Shown here: positions 1-11,100 of the stretch, one piece after another
How the letters are laid out: each line of letters opens with the position of its first letter
Position numbering within the stretch: position 1 is the first letter of the stretch
Assembly (NCBI GenBank): GCA_011050415.1
Contig: DRFS01000006.1
Span: 245,539 to 309,538 of the forward strand
From: Halomonas sp.
Lineage (GTDB): Bacteria > Pseudomonadota > Gammaproteobacteria > Pseudomonadales > Halomonadaceae
DNA: 64,000 nt
Reading direction: 5' to 3'
Notes under the pieces: model-generated
What the model was told of the DNA's origin: nothing
Databases searched by the model: none
What the model saw: only the letters and a program-made list of their open reading frames with translations
Translations under genes and position numbers: made by a program

Positions 1-199
1 CAAGCTGACTATTAGGAAAAAGCTGAACCGTGAGCTCTCCTTCAGAGCGCTCCTCAATTGCTTGCTGAGCATCTACTATTGCCTGAGCGATAGGATCTTG
101 AGGGCTTAATGCTATTGAAATATTCAGCTGGTAAGCGGCGTGTGCTGAGTTACCAACTACCAGCAGCGCAATAGCGGGAAGTAATTTTGTAAGTTTCAT
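1..199 (-). CDS. dctP: TRAP transporter substrate-binding protein (DctP family), 5' part; runs off the window
   Basis: Manual translation from ATG at 199 (AGGAG RBS upstream): MKLTKLLPAIALLVVGNSAHAAYQLNISIALSPQDPIAQAIVDAQQAIEERSEGELTVQLFPNSQL. Signal peptide plus the DctP-typical motif G.l.v.lfPnsqL. Confidence 0.8.
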   Translation of the reverse strand, partial: MKLTKLLPAIALLVVGNSAHAAYQLNISIALSPQDPIAQAIVDAQQAIEERSEGELTVQLFPNSQL

Positions 200-306
200 T
201 TTATGCTCCTTAAAGGTCTTCATTTATTGTTGGGTTTTCACCAGCCTATACACATAGCTAGTAAGGACATTCGATAAACTCAGTGTCGTAGCTCTTAATG
301 GCTGAT

Positions 307-1038
307 TTAAATAGCCAGCGCTGGCGTAACTAACGCCACCTCTTCAAACATGTCCGGGAAACGACGCTCCAGTTCAGGTAACGAGTTAAGGATTTCACGT
401 TGATGAATACTCATCGCTTCTACTGCCGCTTGAGTATCAGCTGCAGCTACCGCATCCACGATGGCTTGGTGCTGATCAGCTAACTTAGCGATAGGTGTAG
501 AATCAGGAATACTCAAGTAGCGCACCCTGTCTAACTGAGCTTTCACATCCTCGACCACTTTCCAAGCCATGACCTGCCCCGTCGAGAATGCCAGCGTGCG
601 ATGGAACATCTCATCAAGAAAGAAAAAGCGGTCATGATCCTGGCGCTCAATACAGCTGCGCTGACGAACGATTAACTCGTTAAGCTCCATTAACACACTA
701 GGCTGAAGTGGCCGTTTGACGGCTTCCAACGTTATTGAGACCTCAAGCGACTCACGAATAAAGCGTGCTTCAAGTACTGCTTGGCGGGAAATACGCACCA
801 CATAAGTACCCCGCTGAGGGCGCACCTCCACCAATCCAGACTCCGATAGCCGTATAAATGCCTCTCTCACTGGTTGACGGCTAACCGCAAATAGATCCGC
901 AATCTCTTTCTCAGAAAGCGCTTGCCCAGGCGCAAGTACCATTCGAATGATCGCTTGCCGCAATACGTCATGAAGACGATGGCGAACCGAGTCGCTGTCA
1001 CGGGTTTCCTGCCAAAGCGTTTGTAAGGTCGTGTGCAT
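307..1038 (-). CDS. GntR/FadR-family transcriptional regulator, RspR(YdfH)-like
   Basis: wHTH LSEKEIADLFAVSRQPVREAFIRL..GLVEVRPQRGTYV plus FCD domain (DEMFHRTL). Likely start MHTTLQ at 1038 rather than the ORF-track start at 1092. Confidence 0.85.
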   Translation of the reverse strand: MHTTLQTLWQETRDSDSVRHRLHDVLRQAIIRMVLAPGQALSEKEIADLFAVSRQPVREAFIRLSESGLVEVRPQRGTYVVRISRQAVLEARFIRESLEVSITLEAVKRPLQPSVLMELNELIVRQRSCIERQDHDRFFFLDEMFHRTLAFSTGQVMAWKVVEDVKAQLDRVRYLSIPDSTPIAKLADQHQAIVDAVAAADTQAAVEAMSIHQREILNSLPELERRFPDMFEEVALVTPALAI

Positions 1039-1521
1039 AACACCTAAATCCGAATGTGAGCGTCCGTAGCAAGTGGCAGCCACGACTGACACAACTAGTA
1101 TGGTAGTATGGAGGAAATAAAAAAAGGCTAAGTTCCTTAACCTTTAGTCGAGCGCTGGTACCACTTACACAACCTATTTGTCCACTAACTTCTGTAAGAA
1201 AGAGCTTACAAAAATTTAAGAAATAAATTACAAAGTAGCGTTACTTAAAATTTTTTTGGCTCATTTTTTTGAAAAAATTTTTTCAAAAGTAAGCTTTGCA
1301 TACCCGTCTTCTAAAGCTGCAAACAAAATCATCATGCATTCAGCACAAAATATAAGGAATTTTCAGTTAATTATATGCGTAGCAAGCACCTTTTTGCTCC
1401 TCATCGCGCTATCATGAACTACAACAACGCACTGAAATACAGCCATCTACCCTTAGTAATTGAAGTGACGAGGAACGGTGGAAAGCCTTTGCTGGAAGCC
1501 AATACGAGTTAGGAGAGAGCA

Positions 1522-3081
1522 ATGCGGTCCATCCCAGTAGAGGACTATTCTAAAGGTCTGGTTTTATCGACTGAAGTACCTGCTTTTTTGATAGCGGATC
1601 TGCTCAAATGCTCTAACCTACCAACGTTGCCCACGGTGGCTATTAAAATTCTAAAAATAGCGCGCTCTGATCAACCTTCGGTTAGCGATTACGCCAATGC
1701 CATTGAGCGCGACCCAGCACTAACCTTGCGGATTATAGCACTAGCCAATAGCGCCTTCTTTTCACGTACTCCCGTAAAAGTACATGCTTGCCGGGAGGCG
1801 ACAGCTCGCCTGGGATTAGATGCCACCCTTGCTGCGGTTTTGAGCTTCAGTCTTTTACAAAATAAAGCCGTTGACATCCACTACCAGAAAGTATGGATGC
1901 GGTCCATCATTGCCTCTTTAGCAGCACGCTATCTAGCCGTACATATTTGCCCCGATTCAGCCGGGCCTGTCTTTACCGCTGCTCTACTTCAAGATATTGG
2001 CATCCTAGCCTTACGGGCGACATATCCTTCAGAAATCAACAAGCTATATTCAACTGCTACGTATAACCATCGTCAATTATCAGCGGCGGAGCAAGAGCTG
2101 TTTGGCTGTGACCATTCACAAGTAGGGGCTTGGCTTGCGGCAAAATGGGGCGTTCCTACGCCTCTAGCCCAGCGTATTTGCGATAGCCACGGTGAATACA
2201 ATATTGCCTCTCCCGACATGCTGTGTATTCAGCTATCCGGGCCGATCGCGGATGCTTGGCTCTCATCCCATCCCGCGCAGGCACTGGTTAATGTGATACG
2301 AGAATTTGAAGCACATGAGGGGGCCCATACAATTTCTTTGCGTCATTTATTGGAGAATATTCAGCAGCAGTTACCTGCCTTAGTCGATATGTTGCAAATG
2401 GCAGCCCCCCCCATGCAAGATAATGAGTCACTGCTGGCTGAAGCTCAGCAATTGCTGTTCCACCAAACGCTATTGTTAAACGCACGCCTTGATAGCCAGC
2501 AAGCAGAACTCGCTTCACTGCATAAGCGTCAAGATGATTTAGAAGAACGCTCGCGCACAGATACACTCACTGGTCTCGCTAACCGTGCATGGCTTGAGGA
2601 GCAACTGCAAAAACGCTTCAAACTGTGTCAAAGCCAGTCTCGAACCATGTCAGTGGTGTTTATTGATCTCGACCACTTCAAGAAACTTAATGACCAGTAT
2701 GGTCACCAAATGGGCGATGCTGTGCTCGAAAAATTTGGTAAAACCTTACAGGCATTGGTCCGTGAGGGAGACTTGGCAGGACGGTGGGGAGGGGAAGAGT
2801 TTCTCATCATTTTGCCAGATGAAGATGCTAAAGCAGCCCACTTATTCGCTCAAAGAATTGCCCAGCGCTTAGAAAAAACCCCCATGGCTCACGATGACCA
2901 ACATCCTATCCATGTATCGGTCTCAATAGGTATTGCCTGCTTAGATGACGGTGGATTTGGTAATGCAAGTGAACTCATTGATGCAGCCGATAAAAGCATG
3001 TATTTCATAAAGCGTACCGGAAGAGGCGGCATAGCGGTATATGGAGAGCGTAACTCTACTGATACTCCTTTTGAAGAGTAG
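1522..3081 (+). CDS. HDOD-domain diguanylate cyclase
   Basis: N-terminal HDOD (LPTLP...IERDPALTLRIIALANS, LLQDIG, DHSQVGAWLAAKW), coiled coil, TDTLTGLANR, DLDHFKKLND, RxxD I-site (REGD) and intact GGEEF. GGAGA RBS. Confidence 0.9.
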   Translation: MRSIPVEDYSKGLVLSTEVPAFLIADLLKCSNLPTLPTVAIKILKIARSDQPSVSDYANAIERDPALTLRIIALANSAFFSRTPVKVHACREATARLGLDATLAAVLSFSLLQNKAVDIHYQKVWMRSIIASLAARYLAVHICPDSAGPVFTAALLQDIGILALRATYPSEINKLYSTATYNHRQLSAAEQELFGCDHSQVGAWLAAKWGVPTPLAQRICDSHGEYNIASPDMLCIQLSGPIADAWLSSHPAQALVNVIREFEAHEGAHTISLRHLLENIQQQLPALVDMLQMAAPPMQDNESLLAEAQQLLFHQTLLLNARLDSQQAELASLHKRQDDLEERSRTDTLTGLANRAWLEEQLQKRFKLCQSQSRTMSVVFIDLDHFKKLNDQYGHQMGDAVLEKFGKTLQALVREGDLAGRWGGEEFLIILPDEDAKAAHLFAQRIAQRLEKTPMAHDDQHPIHVSVSIGIACLDDGGFGNASELIDAADKSMYFIKRTGRGGIAVYGERNSTDTPFEE

Positions 3082-3109
3082 GGGCCCATATTGTAAACAA
3101 GAGTAATTC

Positions 3110-3775
3110 ATGCTGGCATTCGATCAAGTATATAAAACCTACTCAACACCCCAAGGCCCCATTCGAGTATTGGAAGATGTCACCCTTCATTTGGCGCCGG
3201 GTCAAAGCCTAGCGCTCATGGGCGAATCGGGGAGCGGCAAATCCACGCTACTGCATCTTGCTGCTGGGCTAGATCTGCCAGACCAAGGCAACATCACTCT
3301 CGCTGGTCAAAACCTAGCCTCTTTACCTGAACCCGCGCGAGCCAAGCTACGCCGCGAACAATTAGGCCTGGTGTTCCAACAATTTCACTTAATCCCCAGT
3401 CTAGCGGTTATCGACAATATCCGATTGCAGGCACGCTTAGCCAACCGCGACGATGCCGACTGGACCGCCTACCTTATCGAACGGTTAGGTCTTAATGGCC
3501 TTGAAAAACGTTACCCTGAACAACTCTCAGGCGGGCAGCAGCAGCGCTTAGCGATTGGCCGGGCCTTGGCACCACGACCGCCCCTGCTGCTTGCCGATGA
3601 ACCCACGGGCAATTTGGATGAAACCACTGCAGGTGAAGTGCTTCAACTACTGTTAAAGCTTGTTCACGAAACTCAGTGTGCGCTACTGGTGGTAACCCAT
3701 AGCCCGCAAGTGGCCGAGCCGCTTGATCGCTGCCTACGTTTGCGCCACGGCCAACTGATCAATACCGCTTTATGA
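3110..3775 (+). CDS. ABC transporter ATP-binding protein (LolD/YbbA/AttE-like)
   Basis: Walker [10 protein letters not shown], signature LSGGQQQR, Walker [13 protein letters not shown]-loop VTH. Confidence 0.92.
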   Translation: MLAFDQVYKTYSTPQGPIRVLEDVTLHLAPGQSLALMGESGSGKSTLLHLAAGLDLPDQGNITLAGQNLASLPEPARAKLRREQLGLVFQQFHLIPSLAVIDNIRLQARLANRDDADWTAYLIERLGLNGLEKRYPEQLSGGQQQRLAIGRALAPRPPLLLADEPTGNLDETTAGEVLQLLLKLVHETQCALLVVTHSPQVAEPLDRCLRLRHGQLINTAL

Positions 3776-6285
3776 TCAAAGCAATGCCCACGGTACTGGC
3801 AACGCTACTCGCTCACTACCGTCGTCACCCAGGCCAATTGGCTATGCTGCTGCTCGGGCTATGGGTAGCCAGCGCCCTATGGAGCGGCATCCAAGCGATC
3901 AACGCGACCGCCCGCGACAGCTACGCCCGTGCCGATGCGATGTTTGATAGCCAACTTGATCAATTGGAGCGACGCGATGGTGCCCCGCTCACACGTGCCG
4001 AATACTATGCATTGCGACAAGAGGGCTTACCCATTTCCCCCATTATAGAAGGCCAGGTTGCGACCCAAGATGGGACTCGGCTGTCAATCATCGGTATCGA
4101 TCCGCTAACACTTCCAAGCGGTAATGCGTTAGGCCAAACAGATACCACCGCATCGCTGACTGGCTTTCTAATGCCCCCATGGCAGACAGGTATCGCACCT
4201 GACACTTTGGCGACCCTAGGACTTGAGCGAGCAAACGCAGTCAGCGCCACGCCAACCTTGGCAAGTGGCAAACAACTTCCCCCGCTGACTTTATCGCCAG
4301 CGCTACCGCCCAACACGCTGATCATGGATATCGCTGCCGCAGCGCAGTTACTCGAAATCGGCGAAGAAATTACACGTATGGTGACTGCACCAGGCGCATT
4401 ATCAGAAGCACCACCCGAATTCACGTTTACCCGTGCCACCAGTCTTGCCTCCCCCGGTCAACTTACTGAAAGCTTTCACTTAAACCTGACCGCACTAGGA
4501 CTACTCGCCTGGGTGGTAGGGTTATTTATTGTTCAGGCTGCACTGGGCCTAGCGTTAGAGCAGCGCATGGGCATGCTGCGCACCCTACGGGTGCTGGGTG
4601 TTTCAGGGCGCAGTTTAGTTGTAGCGCTCAGTTTGGAGCTGATTTTACTGGGAGTCATCGGCGCACTTGCCGGTATTGCCAGCGGCGTTTGGCTGGCCCG
4701 CGTGCTCCTCCCGGATGTAGCAGCAACCCTAGGCTCACTGTATAGCGCAGGCGTTGGGCAGGAGCTTAGCCTGCCCTGGCACTACTGGGTGGGCGGGTTA
4801 GCGGTTAGCCTAGGGGGATTATTACTGGCGGGTAGCGGCGTGTTATGGCGTGCGGCACACTTAAACATGCTGCAACTAGGCCAGTTGCAGGCCTGGCGCG
4901 GCGGTTATCGACGCCAATTAACGCTTATGAGTATCGCTGGTGCAATCGCCTTTACAGCGGCATTAACGCTCTATATTTGGTTGAGCTTCCAGCGTCCCGG
5001 TGAAGGCTTAGTAGCAGGTTTTGTGCTCATTGCAGCGCTGTTATTAGCCAGTGCCTTGTGGCTGCCGCCCTTATTGGGACTACTGCTGAAAGGGCTAATC
5101 CGCCTGGCCCACCGTCGCCCACTTATCCATTGGGCAGTGGCCGATATGCAGCTTCAGTTACCCAAACTGTCACTGGCCATGATGGCGCTGTTGGTCGCCT
5201 TAGCCACCAACCTGGGGGTCAGTAGCATGGTCGGCGGTTTTAGGATTACGTTTCTCGATTGGCTTGATCAACGCTTAGTCGCCCCGCTCTACTTAAATGC
5301 CCCTAGCGAACAGTACGCCGATATTGATGTATGGCTTGCTAATCGCGCCGAGGTATCTGAACGCCTGCTGACTCGGCGCAGTGAAGCAACGCTCACCACC
5401 ATTAGCACCCCCGAAGGCAGCCGCAGCCTAGGCACACCCGTTGAGCTTTACGGCATTACCCCAGGCGAATCACTTACCCCCCATTGGCCGCTACTGGCAA
5501 CCCAGCAAGACCGCCCTTCCGCCTGGGCGGCTTTTGGCGAGGGCGCAGTATTTGTAAACGAACAACTCGCCACTGCAGAAAACCTCACCCCTGGCGACCA
5601 ACTTACCCTGAGCGCGTCGGGCGCCAACGAAACGCTAACCATTGCCGCGATTTACCCTGACTACGGTAATCCCAGCGGACAAGTGCTGATGGCTTCCCCC
5701 CAATTGGCCGCACGTTTTGATGCACCCCCCAGCTCCATGGGGTTAGTGCTCTATGACGACGCTAATGTGGATACGTTACGTTCCGCCCTTACCGAGCGCT
5801 TTGGCCTAGGCAGCGATGCACTTAGCGATCAGCGCGAGATCAAGCGCATCGCCACCGAAATTTTTGAACGCACCTTTACCATTACCCGCGCCCTGAATGC
5901 GCTGACCTTAGTGGTAGCCGCGCTGGCACTGTTGGCTAGCCTGTTGGCCCAGGCGCGCAGTCGACGCCAACAGCTAGCACCGCTCTGGGCGCTGGGCGTT
6001 CCCCGAGCACAACTGGCACAATTGAATTTGACGCAACTGGGCGGCACAGCATTAGTCACTGGCCTGCTGGCGGTTCCACTGGGCATTGCAATCACCTGGG
6101 GCTTAGTGGCTATCATCAATGTAGCTGCGTTTGGCTGGCGACTGCCGCTCTATCTGTTCCCTGGGGAAATGGCCGTTACCCTTGCCACGGCTATTGCTGT
6201 GGCGCTACTGGCAGCGGCCCTGCCCACTCTGCGCTTCTGGCGCGCCTCACCACGCGCCTTATTGGCGGAAGAGGCCAACCAATGA
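3772..6285 (+). CDS. FtsX/MacB-like ABC permease, two-repeat (AttF/G-like)
   Basis: 837 aa, two periplasmic domains each followed by FtsX-type TM bundles (R..e.g.LR.LG); ATGA overlaps on both sides. Confidence 0.85.
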   Translation: MIKAMPTVLATLLAHYRRHPGQLAMLLLGLWVASALWSGIQAINATARDSYARADAMFDSQLDQLERRDGAPLTRAEYYALRQEGLPISPIIEGQVATQDGTRLSIIGIDPLTLPSGNALGQTDTTASLTGFLMPPWQTGIAPDTLATLGLERANAVSATPTLASGKQLPPLTLSPALPPNTLIMDIAAAAQLLEIGEEITRMVTAPGALSEAPPEFTFTRATSLASPGQLTESFHLNLTALGLLAWVVGLFIVQAALGLALEQRMGMLRTLRVLGVSGRSLVVALSLELILLGVIGALAGIASGVWLARVLLPDVAATLGSLYSAGVGQELSLPWHYWVGGLAVSLGGLLLAGSGVLWRAAHLNMLQLGQLQAWRGGYRRQLTLMSIAGAIAFTAALTLYIWLSFQRPGEGLVAGFVLIAALLLASALWLPPLLGLLLKGLIRLAHRRPLIHWAVADMQLQLPKLSLAMMALLVALATNLGVSSMVGGFRITFLDWLDQRLVAPLYLNAPSEQYADIDVWLANRAEVSERLLTRRSEATLTTISTPEGSRSLGTPVELYGITPGESLTPHWPLLATQQDRPSAWAAFGEGAVFVNEQLATAENLTPGDQLTLSASGANETLTIAAIYPDYGNPSGQVLMASPQLAARFDAPPSSMGLVLYDDANVDTLRSALTERFGLGSDALSDQREIKRIATEIFERTFTITRALNALTLVVAALALLASLLAQARSRRQQLAPLWALGVPRAQLAQLNLTQLGGTALVTGLLAVPLGIAITWGLVAIINVAAFGWRLPLYLFPGEMAVTLATAIAVALLAAALPTLRFWRASPRALLAEEANQ

Positions 6286-7487
6286 GCCTACATCGATGGT
6301 TAACTCTCAGCCTACTAATCGGAGGGTCGCTAACGCTCTACGGCTGTGGAGAAGAACAGAAAAGCGACACCAGCAGCGCAGGCTTTGCCGGTTTGGGGCA
6401 AGCGGCTGATGGTTTCCAATATGCATCGCCCAATCAAACCATTCGTTTTCCCCAAGACCATGCCGCCCACCCGGATTATCGTATCGAGTGGTGGTATCTC
6501 ACCGCTAATCTGGAAGACGCTGACGGTGAGCCCCTCGGCCTACAGTGGACACTTTTTCGTCAGGCGCTAATGCCGCCCAGCGAACGTCCCGACCCCACAC
6601 CCTGGGCCGCCGACCAACTGTGGATGGCCCATATGGCTATTTCACAGGGCGAACAGCACCAGGTTGGCGAGCGCTTTGGGCGCAGCCACTCCCAAGCTGA
6701 GCTTTATCAACCCCACGATGCTCAGGCCGGTGTCATTACCAGCCCTTTCCACGCTTGGCTAGACGACTGGCAGCTTAAAGCAAGCGCCGACGCCAATAGC
6801 GACGATTTCAATCACCTCACCCTCACCGCTTACAGCGGCGAAGATGCGTCGCGTTTTGGCTACACGTTGGAACTTACCGCCGAGGGGCCGCTAGTGTTTC
6901 ACGGCGAAGAGGGGTTCAGCCAGAAAGCCGCCAATGGCCAAGGCTCGATGTACTACAGCCAGCCTTTCTGGCGGATAGACGGCAACGTCACCCTCAATGG
7001 CGAAACCAAAACCGTCAGCGGTCGCGGCTGGTTGGATCGCGAATGGAGCAGCCAACTGCTTGATGCCCGCCAATCAGGCTGGGACTGGTTCTCGATTCAT
7101 TTTGAAGATGGCCATAAGCTGATGGCGTTTCAACTACGTGGCGGTGGCGATGACAGTGGGGATAGCGGTAGTGACAACACAAGTACCGAACAAGGCGCGG
7201 ACTACCGCTCCGGCACCTGGATTTCACCCCAGGGTGACGCTACTCCTTTAGCGACCGACGACATCACGCTAACACCACTGGCAACGTCGTCCGTCGCCGG
7301 GCGCGATGTCCCTACCCGCTGGCGATTAGAGATAGCGTCACTGGAGCTCGATATCAACATCGAAGCGCCCCAAGCCAACCGCTGGATGGACACCAGCGTG
7401 CCCTATTGGGAAGGGGAAGTGCTGGTCAACGACCGCGCCAGCGGCGAACCGCTGGGCGAAGGTTATCTTGAGATGACCGGGTATTGA
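6282..7487 (+). CDS. Lipocalin-like AttH/CrtC-family lipoprotein
   Basis: Lipobox LTLYGC; FPQDHAAHPDYRIEWWYLTANL, SMYYSQP, WLDREWSS, GWDWFS, YWEG, GYLEMTGY. Confidence 0.85.
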   Translation: MSLHRWLTLSLLIGGSLTLYGCGEEQKSDTSSAGFAGLGQAADGFQYASPNQTIRFPQDHAAHPDYRIEWWYLTANLEDADGEPLGLQWTLFRQALMPPSERPDPTPWAADQLWMAHMAISQGEQHQVGERFGRSHSQAELYQPHDAQAGVITSPFHAWLDDWQLKASADANSDDFNHLTLTAYSGEDASRFGYTLELTAEGPLVFHGEEGFSQKAANGQGSMYYSQPFWRIDGNVTLNGETKTVSGRGWLDREWSSQLLDARQSGWDWFSIHFEDGHKLMAFQLRGGGDDSGDSGSDNTSTEQGADYRSGTWISPQGDATPLATDDITLTPLATSSVAGRDVPTRWRLEIASLELDINIEAPQANRWMDTSVPYWEGEVLVNDRASGEPLGEGYLEMTGY

Positions 7488-7508
7488 GTAGATCAACACC
7501 ACATTGGC

Positions 7509-8330
7509 TTATTTACCTTGGCTGTAGCTAACCTCGCCCCACCGCTGCATAGCCTCAAGTAGCTCACGGAGCAGCGGGCGCACTTCAGCGGCGCGATCTT
7601 CCCGATAGGCAAAGACCGGTTTATCGTCGTTCGGTTCGTTCATATAGGTGCGCTGGGAGAGTTCGAGCTGTACAGCGTGAATATTATTAGCAGGATCCCC
7701 ATACCCCCGGGTGATATGCCCCCCTTTGAAGCGTCCATTGATCACGTGAGTGAAACGCGATTGAGCAGCACACACCACCTGTAAGGTCTTACTAAGGTCA
7801 GGATTGCAGCTTTGCTCCTCAAAGGTACCCAGATTAATATCAGGCAGTTGGTCGTCGAAAAGCCGCGGTATCTTTGAACGGATAGAGTGCGCATCAAATA
7901 GCAGCGCATAGCCAAAGCGCGCCTTTAAGCGTGCCAATTCGCCTGCCAGGGCGTTATGGTAGGGCCGCCATACATGCTCTTTGGCCCACTCGTGCTGTGC
8001 CTGAGTGGGCTCCTGCCCCTCTTCAAACAGCGGCTCACCGTCGAAGTCGGTGCTGGGGAACAACCCGGTCGTCGCGCCAGCATAGAGGGGCGTATCGTTC
8101 TCCGGCCGATTAAGGTCAATCACGTAGCGCGAATAGCGCGCCTCAATACGGCTCGCCCCAAGTTCAGCGGCGAAGTCGTAAAGCTTGGGAATATGCCAGT
8201 CGGTGTCGGCAAGGCTGAGAGCTGCTTTATTGAGCCCCGCTTCTACCTCCGGCGTTAACGCAGTGCCTGCGTGAGGCATTGAAATCAATAGCGGCGTATC
8301 GCCCTGGGTGAGTTGATAACTGTCGCTCAT
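7509..8330 (-). CDS. hutG: N-formylglutamate deformylase
   Basis: [59 protein letters not shown]. Confidence 0.93.
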   Translation of the reverse strand: MSDSYQLTQGDTPLLISMPHAGTALTPEVEAGLNKAALSLADTDWHIPKLYDFAAELGASRIEARYSRYVIDLNRPENDTPLYAGATTGLFPSTDFDGEPLFEEGQEPTQAQHEWAKEHVWRPYHNALAGELARLKARFGYALLFDAHSIRSKIPRLFDDQLPDINLGTFEEQSCNPDLSKTLQVVCAAQSRFTHVINGRFKGGHITRGYGDPANNIHAVQLELSQRTYMNEPNDDKPVFAYREDRAAEVRPLLRELLEAMQRWGEVSYSQGK

Positions 8331-9535
8331 ACCTCTACCTCCTTACCTGCTTTGAATACCGTGACCGGCAATTGCCCGCCCAGCCAGTAGCTAAGCTCCG
8401 CTGGCCCGGTAATATCCCATACGACCGCGTCTGCCCATTTACCTACTTCTAGCGAACCGTGAGTGGCATCAATACCCAACGCCTTAGCGGCATTGATGGT
8501 CACGCCTGCCAGCGCTTCTTCAGGGGTAAGGCGAAACAGCGTGCAGCCAAGATTCATCATCAAGCGTAACGACAGCACCGGCGACGTACCGGGGTTAAGG
8601 TCGCTGGCCAGCGCCATGGTGACCCCCTGCTCACGAAAGTCTGCAATCGGCGGCAGTTGGGTTTCACGTAATGTCAAGAAGGCCCCCGGCAGTAACACCG
8701 CGGCCGTGCTGCTTTGAGCCATCGCACGCGAATCGGCTTTATCGGCGTACTCAACATGGTCAGCGGAAAGCGCGCCAAACTCCGCCGCCAGTTGGCAACC
8801 GCCAAGGTGCGACAGTTGCTCAGCATGTAGCTTGAGCGGCAGGCCCAGTTGTTTTGCAGTTTCAAATACGCGCCGCATCTGTTCCACAGAGAAGGCGATA
8901 CCTTCACAGAACCCATCGACGGCATCGACAAGACCTTCCTTCGCCAGCGTCGGCAGGATCGTCTCGCAGACTAGATCAATATACCCATCGCTATGTTCGC
9001 GATATTCGGGGGGCAGCGCGTGGGCCGCAAGGCAAGTCGTAAGCACGTCGACAGGCAGCCGTTCTCCCAGCGCCCGGGCCACCTTGAGCATTTTGCGCTC
9101 GCTCTCCAGATCAAGCCCATACCCCGACTTGATCTCTAGCGTGGTGACGCCTTCGCGTAGCAGCACCCTCGCGCGCGCCTCGGCACTAGCCAGTAATTCG
9201 TCAAAGCTGGCCTCGCGAGTTGCCCGCACGCTGCTGACGATCCCACCGCCCTGTTTGGCTATCTCGCTATAGCTCACTCCTTCCAGGCGCTGCTCAAACT
9301 CATTACTGCGGTCACCGCCAAATACCAGGTGCGTGTGGCAGTCGATCAACCCCGGCGTTAGCCAGCGCCCCCCCAGGTCACGCACTTCATCAAAGTTAGC
9401 ATCGCGGTCAAGTTGCGCCTCAATGCCAATCCAGGCAATGCGTCCTGCTTCTATAATCAGCGCCGCATCGCGCACAATTCCATAGTGGCCACCCGCCAGG
9501 GTCACCGCATGGCAGTGGTGCCATAGCTGTTTCAT
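8327..9535 (-). CDS. hutI: Imidazolonepropionase
   Basis: [60 protein letters not shown]. Confidence 0.96.
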   Translation of the reverse strand: MKQLWHHCHAVTLAGGHYGIVRDAALIIEAGRIAWIGIEAQLDRDANFDEVRDLGGRWLTPGLIDCHTHLVFGGDRSNEFEQRLEGVSYSEIAKQGGGIVSSVRATREASFDELLASAEARARVLLREGVTTLEIKSGYGLDLESERKMLKVARALGERLPVDVLTTCLAAHALPPEYREHSDGYIDLVCETILPTLAKEGLVDAVDGFCEGIAFSVEQMRRVFETAKQLGLPLKLHAEQLSHLGGCQLAAEFGALSADHVEYADKADSRAMAQSSTAAVLLPGAFLTLRETQLPPIADFREQGVTMALASDLNPGTSPVLSLRLMMNLGCTLFRLTPEEALAGVTINAAKALGIDATHGSLEVGKWADAVVWDITGPAELSYWLGGQLPVTVFKAGKEVEV

Positions 9536-9543
9536 GCTTCCTC

Positions 9544-11100
9544 CTAATCGCTAGGCTGCCGACTCGGCAGTAAGTTCGGGGCAATAGACAGGAGCTTATC
9601 GATCACTTGAGTCTCCTGGAGACGCTGGTAAGTCGCTTGAATATCCAGGTGCAGCGCATGCTCTTCCTGGTAGGCAGGCAACGCTTCTCGCAGTGATTTC
9701 CAGGCCAGTGATGTGCCAGGAGAGAAGTCTTCTCCGTCGACCAAATCGAAGGCCTGGGCAGCCAGCAGATACTCAATGGCAAGCACATAGAAAGCATTTT
9801 CGAGAGCCTGATCCAGCTTCAGAGCAGCGCTTTCACCCAAGCTTAGGTGATCCTCCTGCAGCCCCGAGGTGATAAAATTATCAGTAACAGCGGGCTGTGC
9901 CAGTCGCTTGTTATCAGCCACCAAGGAGGCCGCCGAATAGTGAGCGATCATCATGCCGGATTTAACGCCGCCTTCAGTGGTCAGGAAAGGCGGCAGCTGG
10001 TTCGCCTGGGGTGTCACTAGCCGGTAAGCACGCCGCTCGGAGATCGAACTCCATTCACAAACAGCGATGGCCAGCAGGTCGCACGCCATCGCAACCGAAG
10101 CACCGTGAGGGTTGGCTTGGGATACAATCTGGTAACTATCACCCACCGGCACCACTAACGGGTTATCGGTGGCGGAATGCAGCTCCTTCTCAATCTGCCT
10201 AGCGGCATGGTCAAACTGGTCGCGGCAGGCGCCGTGCACCTGAGGCATAGAGCGCAGGCTAAGCGCGTCCTGTAGCCGCGCCCCCTCATGGCGAGCCAAG
10301 TGGATACTGCCTTCAAGCAAACGACGCAGGTTATCCCCCGTTTGCTGAACGCCTGGGTGGCGTTTGAGAACCGTTACCTCGGCCATAAATGCCTGCAACT
10401 GACCGCCTAATGCTTCAAAGCTCATAGCACCAACAATGTCGGCCCAGGCGGCCAGCCGGGCAGTATCGTCAAGCGTCAAGCAGGCCAGCCCCGTCATCGC
10501 CGGGGTGCCATTAACCAGGCTCAGGCCATCCTTGGGCCCAAGGGTTAGCGGCAACATACCGATGGCAGCCAACGCTTGGCTGGCGGGTATTCGTTGACCG
10601 CGAAATTCAACGTCGCCGTGGCCAATCAACACCAGCCCAATATGGGCCATATGGGTGAGGTAACCCACCGAGCCGCGCGAGGGTACGATCGGCGTGACCT
10701 GCTCATTCAACAGTCTGATCAGCCCCTCCACCACGCCCGGACTAATCCCGGAGTAGCCATGGCTGTAGTTAACCACCGCGCTGCACATAATGGCTCGCAC
10801 TTGCTCCGTTCGCAGCGGGGTACCAATACCACAGGCATGGCTCATTAAGGTGTGATGGGAAAGCCGCTGCAGCTCATCGTGAGCTAGCACTACATCGCAC
10901 AGGGCACCCAAACCAGTATTAATCCCGTAATGGGGCACGCTTGAAGCGGCGATCTTCTCAACGACCTGCCGGGCGGCGCTTATCTTTTCCCACACCGGCA
11001 GCGACAGCGATAGGCGATACTGGTAACGAGCGACCTTGACCACCTCCCGCCAAGCGGGAGGTGTATTGCCGATCTCAACGCAGCGAGGCAACTCACTCAT
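9544..11100 (-). CDS. Histidine ammonia-lyase paralog lacking the MIO-forming Ala-Ser-Gly triad (candidate trimethylamine-lyase for a histidine betaine)
   Basis: HAL fold motifs [47 protein letters not shown], but [11 protein letters not shown] where canonical HutH has [14 protein letters not shown]. Likely start MSELP at 11100, overlapping the BCCT stop. Confidence 0.85.
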   Translation of the reverse strand: MSELPRCVEIGNTPPAWREVVKVARYQYRLSLSLPVWEKISAARQVVEKIAASSVPHYGINTGLGALCDVVLAHDELQRLSHHTLMSHACGIGTPLRTEQVRAIMCSAVVNYSHGYSGISPGVVEGLIRLLNEQVTPIVPSRGSVGYLTHMAHIGLVLIGHGDVEFRGQRIPASQALAAIGMLPLTLGPKDGLSLVNGTPAMTGLACLTLDDTARLAAWADIVGAMSFEALGGQLQAFMAEVTVLKRHPGVQQTGDNLRRLLEGSIHLARHEGARLQDALSLRSMPQVHGACRDQFDHAARQIEKELHSATDNPLVVPVGDSYQIVSQANPHGASVAMACDLLAIAVCEWSSISERRAYRLVTPQANQLPPFLTTEGGVKSGMMIAHYSAASLVADNKRLAQPAVTDNFITSGLQEDHLSLGESAALKLDQALENAFYVLAIEYLLAAQAFDLVDGEDFSPGTSLAWKSLREALPAYQEEHALHLDIQATYQRLQETQVIDKLLSIAPNLLPSRQPSD

